From positions 4,420 through 68,419 of the forward strand of contig JAPKAM010000002.1 of assembly GCA_028825265.1 (NCBI GenBank): a stretch of DNA of 64,000 nt, read 5' to 3'. This DNA is from Planctomycetota bacterium. GTDB lineage: Bacteria > Planctomycetota > UBA8108 > UBA1146. The translations under genes and the position numbers were made by a program. The notes below the pieces were generated by a model that was not told the origin of the DNA, searched no databases, and was given only the letters and a program-made list of their open reading frames with translations. Every line of letters starts with the position of its first letter. The first letter of the stretch is position 1. Of this stretch, positions 29,893 through 39,350 are shown one piece after another.

Positions 29893-29958
29893 CCGTGGGG
29901 TGTCGTTGGGTCTGGATCGGTTATCTTCTCCAGGATCACCCCAGTTCGGAGCAAGACC

Positions 29959-30855
29959 TTGGACCGTGGATCCCTCATCATCATCTTCGCCCTCGCTGCA
30001 CTGGCCATCGGCATCGCTGGCCTCGTGTCCACCGATGAATTCCCACGCACCACTGCAATCGTCTCTTCGGATGGAAGTTCAGGGAACCGAGTCGTTTCAC
30101 TGGCTCCTTGCATCACCGGAACATTGCTGGCGATCGGTGCGGAACAATCCATCTCGTTGATCAGTGACTACTGCCCTCAGATCGATGGCGTGGGCAGGGG
30201 AGGGACGGCACTGTCTCCCGACCTGGAACGAATTGTTCGAAGCGGTTCTAGAATCTTGCTGGTCAGGAGTGCCGTAGGGTTGCCGAGGGATGAACTGGCA
30301 CGAGTAGGAGAAACGATTGAACTGCCCTGGTCATCGGTGGAGCAAGTGGCGGGTAGCATCCGTCGCATCGGTTCTGTAGTGGAACGGGAATCTTCAGCGA
30401 ATCAACTGGCAGATCGTTTCGAGCAGGTACTCGCCGGGTCGGGAGTGGCTGAAGATGCACCACGAGTGTTGCTAGTCATCGGAACTGAACTGGACGCCTC
30501 CGGGGGACCCTGGGTCATCAAGCCAAACTCGATTCACGGAGCGGTGCTAAGGGCTGCAGGGTTTCGTAACGCCATCGAGAAACCGATGTCCGGTACGCCG
30601 CAGATTTCCTTCGAACGGCTGCTGGCCATCGATCCCGACATCATCCTGCACCTGAGTAGTGCACCAGAGGAAGAGAGATCGCAGTCCGTGCTCGATCGCT
30701 ATCGACACCTCGCAGGGTTGGGTGCTGTGACCGGTGGTGCAGTGGGGCAAGTCCTCGGGCCCAGGATTCTCGATGAAGGACCGGAACTGCTCGACCTGGT
30801 CGGGGCCATCCAACTGGAGGTGGAGCGATTGGCGACTGGGGGTGCACGGTGGTAA
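29959..30855 (+). CDS. ABC transporter substrate-binding protein (BtuF/FhuD helical-backbone type)
   Basis: N-terminal membrane anchor; RVVSLAPCITGTLLAIG; PDLERI; ISFERLLAIDPDII; GP..L C-terminal motif. Confidence 0.85.
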   Translation: MDRGSLIIIFALAALAIGIAGLVSTDEFPRTTAIVSSDGSSGNRVVSLAPCITGTLLAIGAEQSISLISDYCPQIDGVGRGGTALSPDLERIVRSGSRILLVRSAVGLPRDELARVGETIELPWSSVEQVAGSIRRIGSVVERESSANQLADRFEQVLAGSGVAEDAPRVLLVIGTELDASGGPWVIKPNSIHGAVLRAAGFRNAIEKPMSGTPQISFERLLAIDPDIILHLSSAPEEERSQSVLDRYRHLAGLGAVTGGAVGQVLGPRILDEGPELLDLVGAIQLEVERLATGGARW

Positions 30856-31628
30856 CCCTGTTGGCACTGGATCAGGCCACGGTCATTGCTGGCGATCGGC
30901 CGATTCTCGACCAGTTGACGCTAGAAGTGGGTGAAGGGCAGATGGTCGCCATCATCGGCCCCAACGGCTCGGGAAAGAGCACTCTACTGCGGGCGTTGCT
31001 TGGACTGGTGGCCCTCGATTCTGGCAGTGTCCAGATCGAAGGGCGACCGCTGACGGATCTCACGGCGCGACAGCGTGCGGCCTCGATGGCGTGGCTGCCC
31101 CAAGATAGTCTTCCTGCGGAAAGATTGCGGGTCGAGGATGTGGTGGCTTCCGCCCGCTTCCGTTTCAGCGAATCTCGTCAAGATGGCATCGAGGCGGCGC
31201 ATCGAGCGCTCGAAGATGCGGGTGCCGCTTCGCTCGTCGACCGTTGGATCAACGAACTCTCCGGTGGTGAACGACAGCGCATCGAACTGGCCTCGATGCT
31301 GGCACAGGAATCGAAGTGCTGGCTCCTCGATGAACCGGCCAATCATCTGGACCCGGTGTGGCGCGCGAGGACGCTCAAGTTCCTGTCAAAGCGTCTCGAG
31401 CAGGGAAATACCGTGCTGGTGGTGCTTCATGATGTACATCTGCTGGGACACATCGATGCCGTCGAGACGAGAGTGGTTGGTCTGCGAGAAGGCAAAATCG
31501 CATGGCAAGGAAGGCTGGGAGATGGAGATCTCGGCGAGGGATTGAAGAGGGTTCATGGTATCCCTTTCGAGCGCGCAGTCGCGGGTGATCGAGAGTACTG
31601 GATCCCTGGTGAGGAGCCGGTCGAATGA
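30849..31628 (+). CDS. ABC transporter ATP-binding protein (BtuD/FecE type)
   Basis: Walker A GPNGSGKST; signature LSGGERQR; LLDEP; VLHD. Confidence 0.92.
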   Translation: MVTLLALDQATVIAGDRPILDQLTLEVGEGQMVAIIGPNGSGKSTLLRALLGLVALDSGSVQIEGRPLTDLTARQRAASMAWLPQDSLPAERLRVEDVVASARFRFSESRQDGIEAAHRALEDAGAASLVDRWINELSGGERQRIELASMLAQESKCWLLDEPANHLDPVWRARTLKFLSKRLEQGNTVLVVLHDVHLLGHIDAVETRVVGLREGKIAWQGRLGDGDLGEGLKRVHGIPFERAVAGDREYWIPGEEPVE

Positions 31629-32587
31629 TGGCTCTCTTACGCTGGCTGCCCTGGGTCGTGTTGGCGATCGTGATCGCGCTGGCGACCGCATGGATCGGTC
31701 CATCACTGGACGATGAGCACGGGCAGTGGATATTGCGCGAGTTGCGACTCCCTCGTGCTTTGGCCGGCGCCATGGTCGGGGCGGTGCTGTCAGCCGCAGG
31801 AGCGGTGGTGCAGATCCTGCTGCGCAATCCTCTGGCGACGCCCAGTACCATCGGAACCACCGCGGGGGCCACCCTGGGAGTGCTGGCCGCACTGGTGCTC
31901 GGTAGCGGGAGTACCTGGATGGGACTCCCGATACTCCCTGCTGCGGCATTTGCAGGTGCTCTGTTGGTGACGCTGGTCATCGCTTCGGTGGCGGCGCGGG
32001 ATCGTGCTCGCACCGAGGATGTGTTGCTGGCTGGTATCGCCCTGACGCTGGCGACTGGGGCGATGGCGTCGGGATTACGGCTCGGCATCGATCAGGTGAC
32101 TTCTCTTAGTGCGCTGCGCTGGTCACTCGGGAGCCTGACCATCCTTGGTCCCGATCGAATCTCGATGCTGACTCCCTTTGTGGTGATCTCCCTGGCTGGC
32201 ATGTTGTGGTTGATTCGGCCCCTTGAAGTTCTGGTCTCCGGCATCGAGAGAGCGCGGACACGTGGTGTCGAGGTGACCAGGGTGAGAACCTTGGGACTCG
32301 GTCTTGCATCTCTCGGGGTGGCGGCGTGCGTCGCGACCTGCGGCCCCATCGCATTTGTCGGATTGATCTGCCCTCACCTCGTGAAACGAGTTCTGGGTTC
32401 TGCACCGAGGATCTTGCTGCCGGCCTCGATCTTGCTTGGGGTGGTGTTCTTGCCGCTGTGCGATTCGATCGGAAGAGTACTCTGGGAACAACGCGAAATT
32501 CCAGTCGGTGTCATCACTGCGGCTTTGGGGGCTCCGGTACTGTTCATTTTGGTGGTTCGTCGGGGTCGGATGTCTTCGAGGAGTTGA
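31625..32587 (+). CDS. ABC transporter permease (BtuC/FecCD family)
   Basis: ELRLPRAL; QILLRNPLATP; GPIAFVGLICPH; EIPVGVITAALGAP. Confidence 0.92.
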   Translation: MMALLRWLPWVVLAIVIALATAWIGPSLDDEHGQWILRELRLPRALAGAMVGAVLSAAGAVVQILLRNPLATPSTIGTTAGATLGVLAALVLGSGSTWMGLPILPAAAFAGALLVTLVIASVAARDRARTEDVLLAGIALTLATGAMASGLRLGIDQVTSLSALRWSLGSLTILGPDRISMLTPFVVISLAGMLWLIRPLEVLVSGIERARTRGVEVTRVRTLGLGLASLGVAACVATCGPIAFVGLICPHLVKRVLGSAPRILLPASILLGVVFLPLCDSIGRVLWEQREIPVGVITAALGAPVLFILVVRRGRMSSRS

Positions 32588-32766
32588 AGCATCTCTGAAT
32601 CGATGGTGTTGCACGGCACCCCAACCCACCCCGGCCCACTACAACAAGGGACTCGAAGGCTCGGCGAAGAGGCTCGGCAAGATGGATTGTCTGCCCGGTT
32701 TCTACGAGTATATGCTGGAGCGTGGAGTGTTGAAGAAGGAAGACCATCTGCATTGGAGAAGACTCG

Positions 32767-33717
32767 ATGAGTATTGAATCAAATCAATCGATGACCTGGG
32801 CAGGGGTGATGTCCGCCATCACGACCCCGTTCGATGAATCTGGGCAGGTCGATTTCGCATTCTTATCGCTGCACTGCCGCTGGCTGATCGATCAGGGAGT
32901 GGCCGGGATTATTCCCTGCGGATCTCTTGGGGAGGGTGCAACTCTCTCTTTCGCTGAGAAGGAGCGGGTTATCGATACCGTGGTCCGTGCAGCAGATGAT
33001 CGAGTCCCGGTCATTCCAGGAATCGCTGCAGCCTCGACCCAGGAAGCGGGGAGACTCGCGGCAAGTGCCAGCGTGATGGGTGCCCGCGGATTGATGGTTT
33101 TGCCACCGTACATCCACAAGGGACCATTTTTTGAAGTCGAAGCTCATGTCGAGGCCGTGATCGGCGCGACCGATCTACCCTGCATGCTCTACAACAATCC
33201 CATCGCCTATGGAGTTGATTTTGAGCCGAGTTGGATTGCGGGTCTCGCCGAGCGGGCTCCAAATTTGATGGCCGTGAAGGATTCGAGCGGAGATTCTCGA
33301 CGAATCACAGCGGTTCATTCGTTGGTCGGAGATCGGCTGGCGCTGTTTGCCGGATTGGATGACATGGTGGTGGAAGCGGTTCGACAGGGAGCCGTCGGCT
33401 GGATTGCCGGCCTGGTCAATGCTTTGCCGATGGAATCGGTGGTCTTATTCGACAAGGCGATGCAGGGAATTGAAGATCCAGCCGCCGCTCGAGAAGCCGA
33501 TCGAATCTACCGCTGGTTCTTGCCACTGTTGCGACTCGACTGCGTTCCAGAGTTTGTCCAGTTGATCAAGTTGGTGCAGCAAGAGGTGGGAATGGGATCT
33601 GACAATGTACGTGCTCCCCGATTCCCGGCGATGGGTGCTCTTCGTGAGGAAGCGATGACCGTAATTCGTTCATCTCTGGCGACCAATCCGTTTGCAGATG
33701 TGAAGGAGCAGCGATGA
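32767..33717 (+). CDS. lhpC: Delta1-pyrroline-4-hydroxy-2-carboxylate deaminase (DHDPS family)
   Basis: WAGVMSAITTPF; GSLGEGATLS; YNNP; Schiff-base Lys in VKDSSGD; GWIAGLVNA; adjacent to KGSA dehydrogenase. Confidence 0.82.
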   Translation: MSIESNQSMTWAGVMSAITTPFDESGQVDFAFLSLHCRWLIDQGVAGIIPCGSLGEGATLSFAEKERVIDTVVRAADDRVPVIPGIAAASTQEAGRLAASASVMGARGLMVLPPYIHKGPFFEVEAHVEAVIGATDLPCMLYNNPIAYGVDFEPSWIAGLAERAPNLMAVKDSSGDSRRITAVHSLVGDRLALFAGLDDMVVEAVRQGAVGWIAGLVNALPMESVVLFDKAMQGIEDPAAAREADRIYRWFLPLLRLDCVPEFVQLIKLVQQEVGMGSDNVRAPRFPAMGALREEAMTVIRSSLATNPFADVKEQR

Positions 33718-35294
33718 GCATCGAGGGAGTACACCTGATTGCAGGGGAATCGGTCGCAGGCCAGGGCACCTTTCATGCGACCAATCCCGCGAGTGGTGAG
33801 CGACTGTCGCCGCAGTTTTCCGACGCAACGGCGGATCAAATCGATGCTGCGGTCGCGGCAGCGTTTCAGGTTCATGAATCGAGGGGAGCGGAAGATCCAC
33901 AAGCTCGGGCTCGTTTGCTCGATGCCGCCGCCGCTCGAATCGAGCAAGCGGGAGCGGCCATCACGAAGCGGGGAGTCGAGGAGACCGGGCTTCCCGAGGG
34001 TCGCTTTGAGGCCGAGAGGGGCCGTACCTGTAACCAGTTGCGTATGTTTGCCAGCGTGTTGCGTGAGCGGATCTTCACCGAGAGCATCATCGAAACTGCA
34101 CTACCCGATCGACAGCCCGTACCCCGTCCCGATCTACGTCGTCGGATGAGAGCTCTTGGTCCGGTGGCCGTTTTTGGAGCCAGTAATTTTCCACTCGCCT
34201 TCGGTATCGCAGGAAGCGACACCGCCAGTGCGCTGGCGGCCGGTTGTCCGGTGATCGCCAAGGGACATCCTGCACACCCTGGATGTTGTGAACTGATCGG
34301 GAAAGCACTTCAGGAAGCGGTTCGAGATGCTGAATTGCCCGCTGGCATCTTTAGTCTGGTGCAGGGTCAGTCCTTCGATGTCGGAACGCAGTTGGTTCAG
34401 CATCCGGGCATCGCCGCGGTCGCATTCACCGGGTCACGTTCTGGAGGAATCTCGCTGTGGAAATTGGCGGCCACTCGTGAAGTTCCGGTACCGGTCTTTG
34501 CCGAGATGGGAAGTGCCAATCCGGTTTTCATCTTGCCCGAGGCACTCGCCACTCGGGGCGAGGAAATCGCCAGTTCGATCGCTGTCAGCGTAAGGTTGGG
34601 GGTGGGTCAGTTCTGTACCTCACCCGGAATCATCGTCACCGTTTCCGATGACCACGGCGAAGCATTCAAGGAGAGCCTGTCTGCGTCGCTGTGCAGTGAG
34701 CCACCAGGAACCATGCTTCATCCTGGAATCCGCGAGGGATACAGCGGCGCATTGGAGCAACTGGCATCAAGTCATGGAGTCGAGGTGCTGCGCCGAGGTC
34801 CGACGGGCAGTGGCGCCTGCGATGCCGAAGCGACTCTATTACAAGCGGATGCACTGAGTTTCATCGCGGACAAGACATTACAGGGAGAGGTGTTCGGACC
34901 CAGCACGATGCTCGTGGAATGCTCCAGTCTCGAAGAGATGTTACGGGTCGCACGAACTCTCGAGGGGCAATTAACTGCCACGGTCCACGGCACGACGGAT
35001 GAACTGCAGAATTTCAGACAGTTGCTGGATCTGCTGGAAGATCGGGTGGGCAGAATCCTCTTCAATGGGATGCCAACCGGAGTCGAGGTGGGGGAGGCGA
35101 TGCATCACGGAGGTCCATGGCCAGCCACCACCGACTCGCGTTGGACTTCGGTAGGTGCTGCATCGATCCAGCGCTTTGTTCGACCGGTTTGCTGGCAAGG
35201 ATTTCCGGATCAATTACTTCCTGCTGATCTACGATCGGCTGCAAAGGGCAGGCACCGGATCGATGGCGTCTGGCAAGATCCTGGCTCCGTTTGA
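33714..35294 (+). CDS. lhpG: Alpha-ketoglutaric semialdehyde dehydrogenase (NADP+ aldehyde dehydrogenase)
   Basis: GPVAVFGASNFPLAF; FTGSRSGG; EMGSANP; catalytic GQFCTSPG; EVFGP; HGGPWPATTDSRWTSVG. Confidence 0.88.
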   Translation: MSIEGVHLIAGESVAGQGTFHATNPASGERLSPQFSDATADQIDAAVAAAFQVHESRGAEDPQARARLLDAAAARIEQAGAAITKRGVEETGLPEGRFEAERGRTCNQLRMFASVLRERIFTESIIETALPDRQPVPRPDLRRRMRALGPVAVFGASNFPLAFGIAGSDTASALAAGCPVIAKGHPAHPGCCELIGKALQEAVRDAELPAGIFSLVQGQSFDVGTQLVQHPGIAAVAFTGSRSGGISLWKLAATREVPVPVFAEMGSANPVFILPEALATRGEEIASSIAVSVRLGVGQFCTSPGIIVTVSDDHGEAFKESLSASLCSEPPGTMLHPGIREGYSGALEQLASSHGVEVLRRGPTGSGACDAEATLLQADALSFIADKTLQGEVFGPSTMLVECSSLEEMLRVARTLEGQLTATVHGTTDELQNFRQLLDLLEDRVGRILFNGMPTGVEVGEAMHHGGPWPATTDSRWTSVGAASIQRFVRPVCWQGFPDQLLPADLRSAAKGRHRIDGVWQDPGSV

Positions 35295-36226
35295 GTCACC
35301 CGATGCAGTCATCGATTCCACAGCGAGCAGCTGTCTGGTGGCTTCTGGGCATCGGGATCTTCGGGGTCTCGACAGCCACTCTCTGGATCCGGCTCTCCGA
35401 AAGCGACGAGGTCAATCTGGCTTTTCGTCGGCTGCTGCTGGCGGCTCCAGTGCTGTGGTGGTTTGCCTGGAAGAGCGGCCAGCAACAGCCACTGGCCACC
35501 GCTAGTCGAGCGGTCTCCATCGCGGGAGTTTGTCTGGCACTTCATTTCGGTGCCTGGATGGCGTCCCTCAAGTTTCTGTCGGTCGCCACATCGGTGGTGC
35601 TGGTGTACGTGCATCCGGTGATCGTGTACTCCATCGAGGTGATGCGGAGGCCGGCGTCGGCAGATCGGTGGCGTCTGGCAGGAGTGGTCGTGACCCTGTT
35701 CGGAACCGGAATCCTGGCCAAAGCTGCCAGCGCTGAAGGAACCGGCGTGGAGTCTATGGTGGGGATCACGCTGGCGCTGGTCGGATCGGTCGCTTTCGTG
35801 GGCTACATCTTCGCTGGCAGGTCCGCCACCCGGCAACTTTCCACGGCGGTTTATACCAGTCGAACCTATTCGATCGCGGCCTTGGTACTGGCGGTTTATC
35901 TGCTGATATCCGGGGCGAGCGGAACATCCGCTGGCTTGCTGCTCCCGGAAAATGGTCAGGAATGGTGGCTCGCCGCAATGTTGGCGCTTTTTCCGACGCT
36001 GCTGGGTCACACTCCCCTCAACGCCGCACTGAAGCACTTGCCTCCTTCGGTGGTTTCGACGGCGTTTCTCGGGGAGGTGGCTGTGGCTCCGATGATCGTG
36101 TGGATCTATCCGGGATTGCGGGAAGCGCCCCCGGAAGAGTTCTGGTCCGGAGGACCCTTGGTGGTCCTGGGAATCCTGACGGTGGTGTGGCGAGGAAGCC
36201 GCGACCGATCGATCGACCAGAAGTGA
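35291..36226 (+). CDS. DMT/EamA family transporter
   Basis: Ten hydrophobic segments in two repeats; LALHFGAWMASL; PTLLGHTPLNAAL; start overlaps the lhpG stop. Confidence 0.85.
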   Translation: MSHPMQSSIPQRAAVWWLLGIGIFGVSTATLWIRLSESDEVNLAFRRLLLAAPVLWWFAWKSGQQQPLATASRAVSIAGVCLALHFGAWMASLKFLSVATSVVLVYVHPVIVYSIEVMRRPASADRWRLAGVVVTLFGTGILAKAASAEGTGVESMVGITLALVGSVAFVGYIFAGRSATRQLSTAVYTSRTYSIAALVLAVYLLISGASGTSAGLLLPENGQEWWLAAMLALFPTLLGHTPLNAALKHLPPSVVSTAFLGEVAVAPMIVWIYPGLREAPPEEFWSGGPLVVLGILTVVWRGSRDRSIDQK

Positions 36227-36254
36227 CGAGAGTGGGGCTTGCTGAGGAGTGGAT

Positions 36255-36578
36255 TCAGTCTTTTTCTTGGATCATTCGCAGCAACAGCCCGAGGGCTAAC
36301 CAGGCCAGGATCATCTCCCGGGTAGGGAGATAAATTGTGCCCACCACACCCAAACACAACAGACCAAGGGTCAGTAATCCGGTCCTTTTGAGGTGTTCAC
36401 TCCTGCGGGTCTGAACCGAATCAGAGTATGAAGATGATTCTGGCAGTTCGATCGACGAGTACTCGATTTCGCCAGGATCCTGCCAGCCCGTTTCAAAATC
36501 GCTGCCGCATGCCTTGCAGCAGATGCTACGAGGCATCACCGGCGATCCACAGTGGGGGCAATCCTGGAGGTCCATCAC
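36255..36578 (-). CDS. Small zinc-ribbon membrane protein
   Basis: CPHCG...CKACGSD.ETGW followed by two hydrophobic helices. Confidence 0.7.
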   Translation of the reverse strand: MMDLQDCPHCGSPVMPRSICCKACGSDFETGWQDPGEIEYSSIELPESSSYSDSVQTRRSEHLKRTGLLTLGLLCLGVVGTIYLPTREMILAWLALGLLLRMIQEKD

Positions 36579-36626
36579 CGCTTCTCTCGTTTCGGTTCAC
36601 CGGAGGCCAGTTCACAATAACATGAG

Positions 36627-36665
36627 AAAGGCCCGGGATCCTCAAGGAAGAGGACCCTCGGGCCT
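36627..36665 (-). terminator. Probable intrinsic terminator downstream of clpC
   Basis: Hairpin aggcccgggatcctc-aaggaa-gaggaccctcgggcct (one bulge, one mismatch) followed on the minus strand by TTTCT; about 35 nt past the clpC stop. Confidence 0.55.
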
Positions 36666-36698
36666 GGTGGGCACTGTCTCGGATTCTTGATGTTTCGT

Positions 36699-39146
36699 TC
36701 AGTTGACCTTGTCTTGTTCCTCGATATTGACCGCCACTTGATTGTTTTGATCGAGAGTGACCTTGACCAGACCACCGTTGTTGAGTTTTCCATCTAGGAT
36801 CAAATCGGCGATGCGATCTTGGAGATGATCTTCCAGCACTCTGCGCAGGCCACGGGCGCCGAATCCTGGTCCTGATCCCTCGCGGACCAGGAACAACTTG
36901 GCGGCTTCATCGATGGTGATCTTCAGATCCAACCCGGCGATCCGGGCCTCCAACTTGGAAACTTCCAGGTTGAGGATCTTGATCAGATCCTCCTCGGTGA
37001 ATTCGTCGAAGACCACCACTTCATCGACACGGTTGAGGAACTCCGGGCGGAAGAAGGCCTTCACCGCATCGAGCACGGCTTTTTGAGAGGCGTTCTGGTC
37101 CTCCTGGGATTCACCGAATCCAAGGGAGGAACGGCTTTCAGCTTCCCGCACCCCGAGATTCGAAGTGAACACCACGATGGTGTTGCGAAAGTCGACCTTG
37201 CGGCCGAAGGCGTCGGTCAGACGCCCCTCTTCCAGTACCTGGAGCAGGGTATTCGAGATGTCTGAATGAGCTTTCTCGATCTCGTCGAAGAGGATCACCA
37301 TGTATGGCTTTCTCCGCACTTTTTCAGTCAACAGCCCACCCTCATCGTAGCCGACGTAACCGGGAGGGGATCCGATCAAGCGCGAGATGGAGTGCTTCTC
37401 TGCGTATTCGGACATGTCGATGGTGAGCAAGGCGTCTTCAGTCCCGAACAGGAACTTGGCCAGGGATTTGGCGACCAGAGTCTTACCAACACCGGTGGGG
37501 CCGACGAATACGAAGGATCCCATCGGCCGCTGAGGATCTCTGAGGCCCGCTCTGGCACGGCGCGTTGCGCGACTGATGGAGTTGATGGCGTGATCCTGAC
37601 TGACGACATCGAGGTGGAGCGTTTCCTCCATCTTCCTCAGCCGACTGGCTTCTTCCTCCTGAAGATTCTGGATAGGAACGCCAGTCATCTCGGAGACGGT
37701 GAAGGAGATGCTAGAACTATCCACCTTACCGTCGATTTCCTTGGAACTGGTTTTCCAGTCCTGAACGATCTGAGACTTGAAGTTCTTTCGATTCTCCAGA
37801 TGGTCTCGGATCTCCGCAGCCAGTTCAAAATCCTGGGAGAAGACTGCCTCATTCTTCTCACGTTGCAGTTGTTCGATCTGACCTTCGACCTCGGTCAGGT
37901 CAGGGGGGCGTGTGGTCCGCTGCAATCGTTCGCGGGAACACGCTTCATCGAGCACATCGATCGCCTTGTCGGGAAGGAACCGATTGGAAATGTACCGGAT
38001 CGACAGATCCACCGATGCCTCAAGGGCGCAGTCGGTGATCTGAACCCTATGGTGGGCCTCGAAGGTGTCCCGGAGCCCGGTCATGATCTCCAGGGCGTCA
38101 TCCCGGCTCGGCGGGTCAACGATGATCGGTTGGAAGCGACGCTCCATGGCGCCGTCCTTTTCGATATGTTTGCGGTATTCATCGAGGGTGGTGGCACCGA
38201 TGCACTGGATCTCGCCTCTTGAAAGGGCGGGTTTCAGGATGTTGGATGCATCGAGGCTCGATTCGGATGCGCCAGCTCCCATGATGGTGTGCAGTTCATC
38301 GACGAACAGGATCACGTTTCCGGAGTCGGAAATCTCTTTGATGATCGCTTTGATGCGCTTTTCGAATTCTCCACGGTACTTGGTTCCTGCCAGTAGCGAG
38401 GCAAGATCAAGAGAGACGACCCTCTTTCTTGCAAGTACATCGGGAACGGCACTGTCTGCGATGCGCTGGGCGAGACCCTCCACGATGGCGGTTTTTCCGA
38501 CACCTGGTTCTCCCAGTACCACGGGGTTGTTCTTGGTCTTCCGAGATAGAATCTGGATGATTCTTTCGATCTCCTTGTGACGTCCGATCACCGGATCAAG
38601 TCTGTTCTGCGCTGCCACTGCAGTCAGATCCACACCATTTGAATCCAGTGTTGGTGTCGCCACTCCGCTTCTTTTCACGGTGCTTCCTGGTGCCTGGTCC
38701 ACTTCGCCTCCCAACATCCTCTGGATCACATTTTGAAGTCGGTCTTTTCCTAGATCTCTCTCCGATAGAATTCGGGAGGCTTCTCCTTCTTCTTCTTTCC
38801 CCAGTCCGATCAGCAGGTGTTCGGTTCCGATGTAGTACTGATCAAGAAGAACCGCTTGCTCGCGAGCAAGTTCAAGACAGCGCTTTGCATGCGGGGTGTA
38901 TGTAGTTTCTAAGGGGGTCGTTGCTGTACTTCCCGGGATTCGCCCCAGGCTCTCAGTTAGAGCTTCCAGCAAGTCCTCGACGGTCCGGTCGCAGCGCAGG
39001 ATTGCTTGAACCGCGACGGAGTCGGGTTGGTGCAGAAGAGCCCAAAGGAGGTGCTCGGTCCCGACATATCCATGACCGAGGCGTTTGGCCTCGCTCTGGG
39101 CAATCTGTAAGACCTTTTCTGCTTTCTCGGTGAACTTCACGGCCAC
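36699..39146 (-). CDS. clpC: ATP-dependent Clp protease ATP-binding subunit ClpC
   Basis: Clp_N repeats (GTEHLL x2); LDPVIGR; GEPGVGKT; UVR-like coiled coil ([16 protein letters not shown]); GPTGVGKT; LGF loop; [13 protein letters not shown] 39146 with GGAGG RBS. Confidence 0.95.
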   Translation of the reverse strand: MAVKFTEKAEKVLQIAQSEAKRLGHGYVGTEHLLWALLHQPDSVAVQAILRCDRTVEDLLEALTESLGRIPGSTATTPLETTYTPHAKRCLELAREQAVLLDQYYIGTEHLLIGLGKEEEGEASRILSERDLGKDRLQNVIQRMLGGEVDQAPGSTVKRSGVATPTLDSNGVDLTAVAAQNRLDPVIGRHKEIERIIQILSRKTKNNPVVLGEPGVGKTAIVEGLAQRIADSAVPDVLARKRVVSLDLASLLAGTKYRGEFEKRIKAIIKEISDSGNVILFVDELHTIMGAGASESSLDASNILKPALSRGEIQCIGATTLDEYRKHIEKDGAMERRFQPIIVDPPSRDDALEIMTGLRDTFEAHHRVQITDCALEASVDLSIRYISNRFLPDKAIDVLDEACSRERLQRTTRPPDLTEVEGQIEQLQREKNEAVFSQDFELAAEIRDHLENRKNFKSQIVQDWKTSSKEIDGKVDSSSISFTVSEMTGVPIQNLQEEEASRLRKMEETLHLDVVSQDHAINSISRATRRARAGLRDPQRPMGSFVFVGPTGVGKTLVAKSLAKFLFGTEDALLTIDMSEYAEKHSISRLIGSPPGYVGYDEGGLLTEKVRRKPYMVILFDEIEKAHSDISNTLLQVLEEGRLTDAFGRKVDFRNTIVVFTSNLGVREAESRSSLGFGESQEDQNASQKAVLDAVKAFFRPEFLNRVDEVVVFDEFTEEDLIKILNLEVSKLEARIAGLDLKITIDEAAKLFLVREGSGPGFGARGLRRVLEDHLQDRIADLILDGKLNNGGLVKVTLDQNNQVAVNIEEQDKVN

Positions 39147-39350
39147 GATGGGCTCCCTCCGGCAAGACACTCCCAGGTACGGCTTGTGCCGACAATGGAG
39201 TCTAGGATGCTCAGGCGGATGACGACAAATCAGCCTCACCGGGCGATTCTGGAAGTCTGGATATTAGCCGAATGCTCCCCTTGAGGAGGACCTGGTGTAA
39301 GATGTCGCCTTCTGGACCTCGGCAACCCTCGATCAGGAGTTGAATCAACG

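Noticed and set aside
29893-29958. Cobalamin riboswitch upstream of the Btu-like ABC genes
   Set aside because: Gap is only 66 nt and no B12-box is visible.
32767-33717. dapA (lysine biosynthesis)
   Set aside because: GSLGE and YNNP rather than the GTTGE and YNVP of DapA, and it is coupled to KGSA dehydrogenase.
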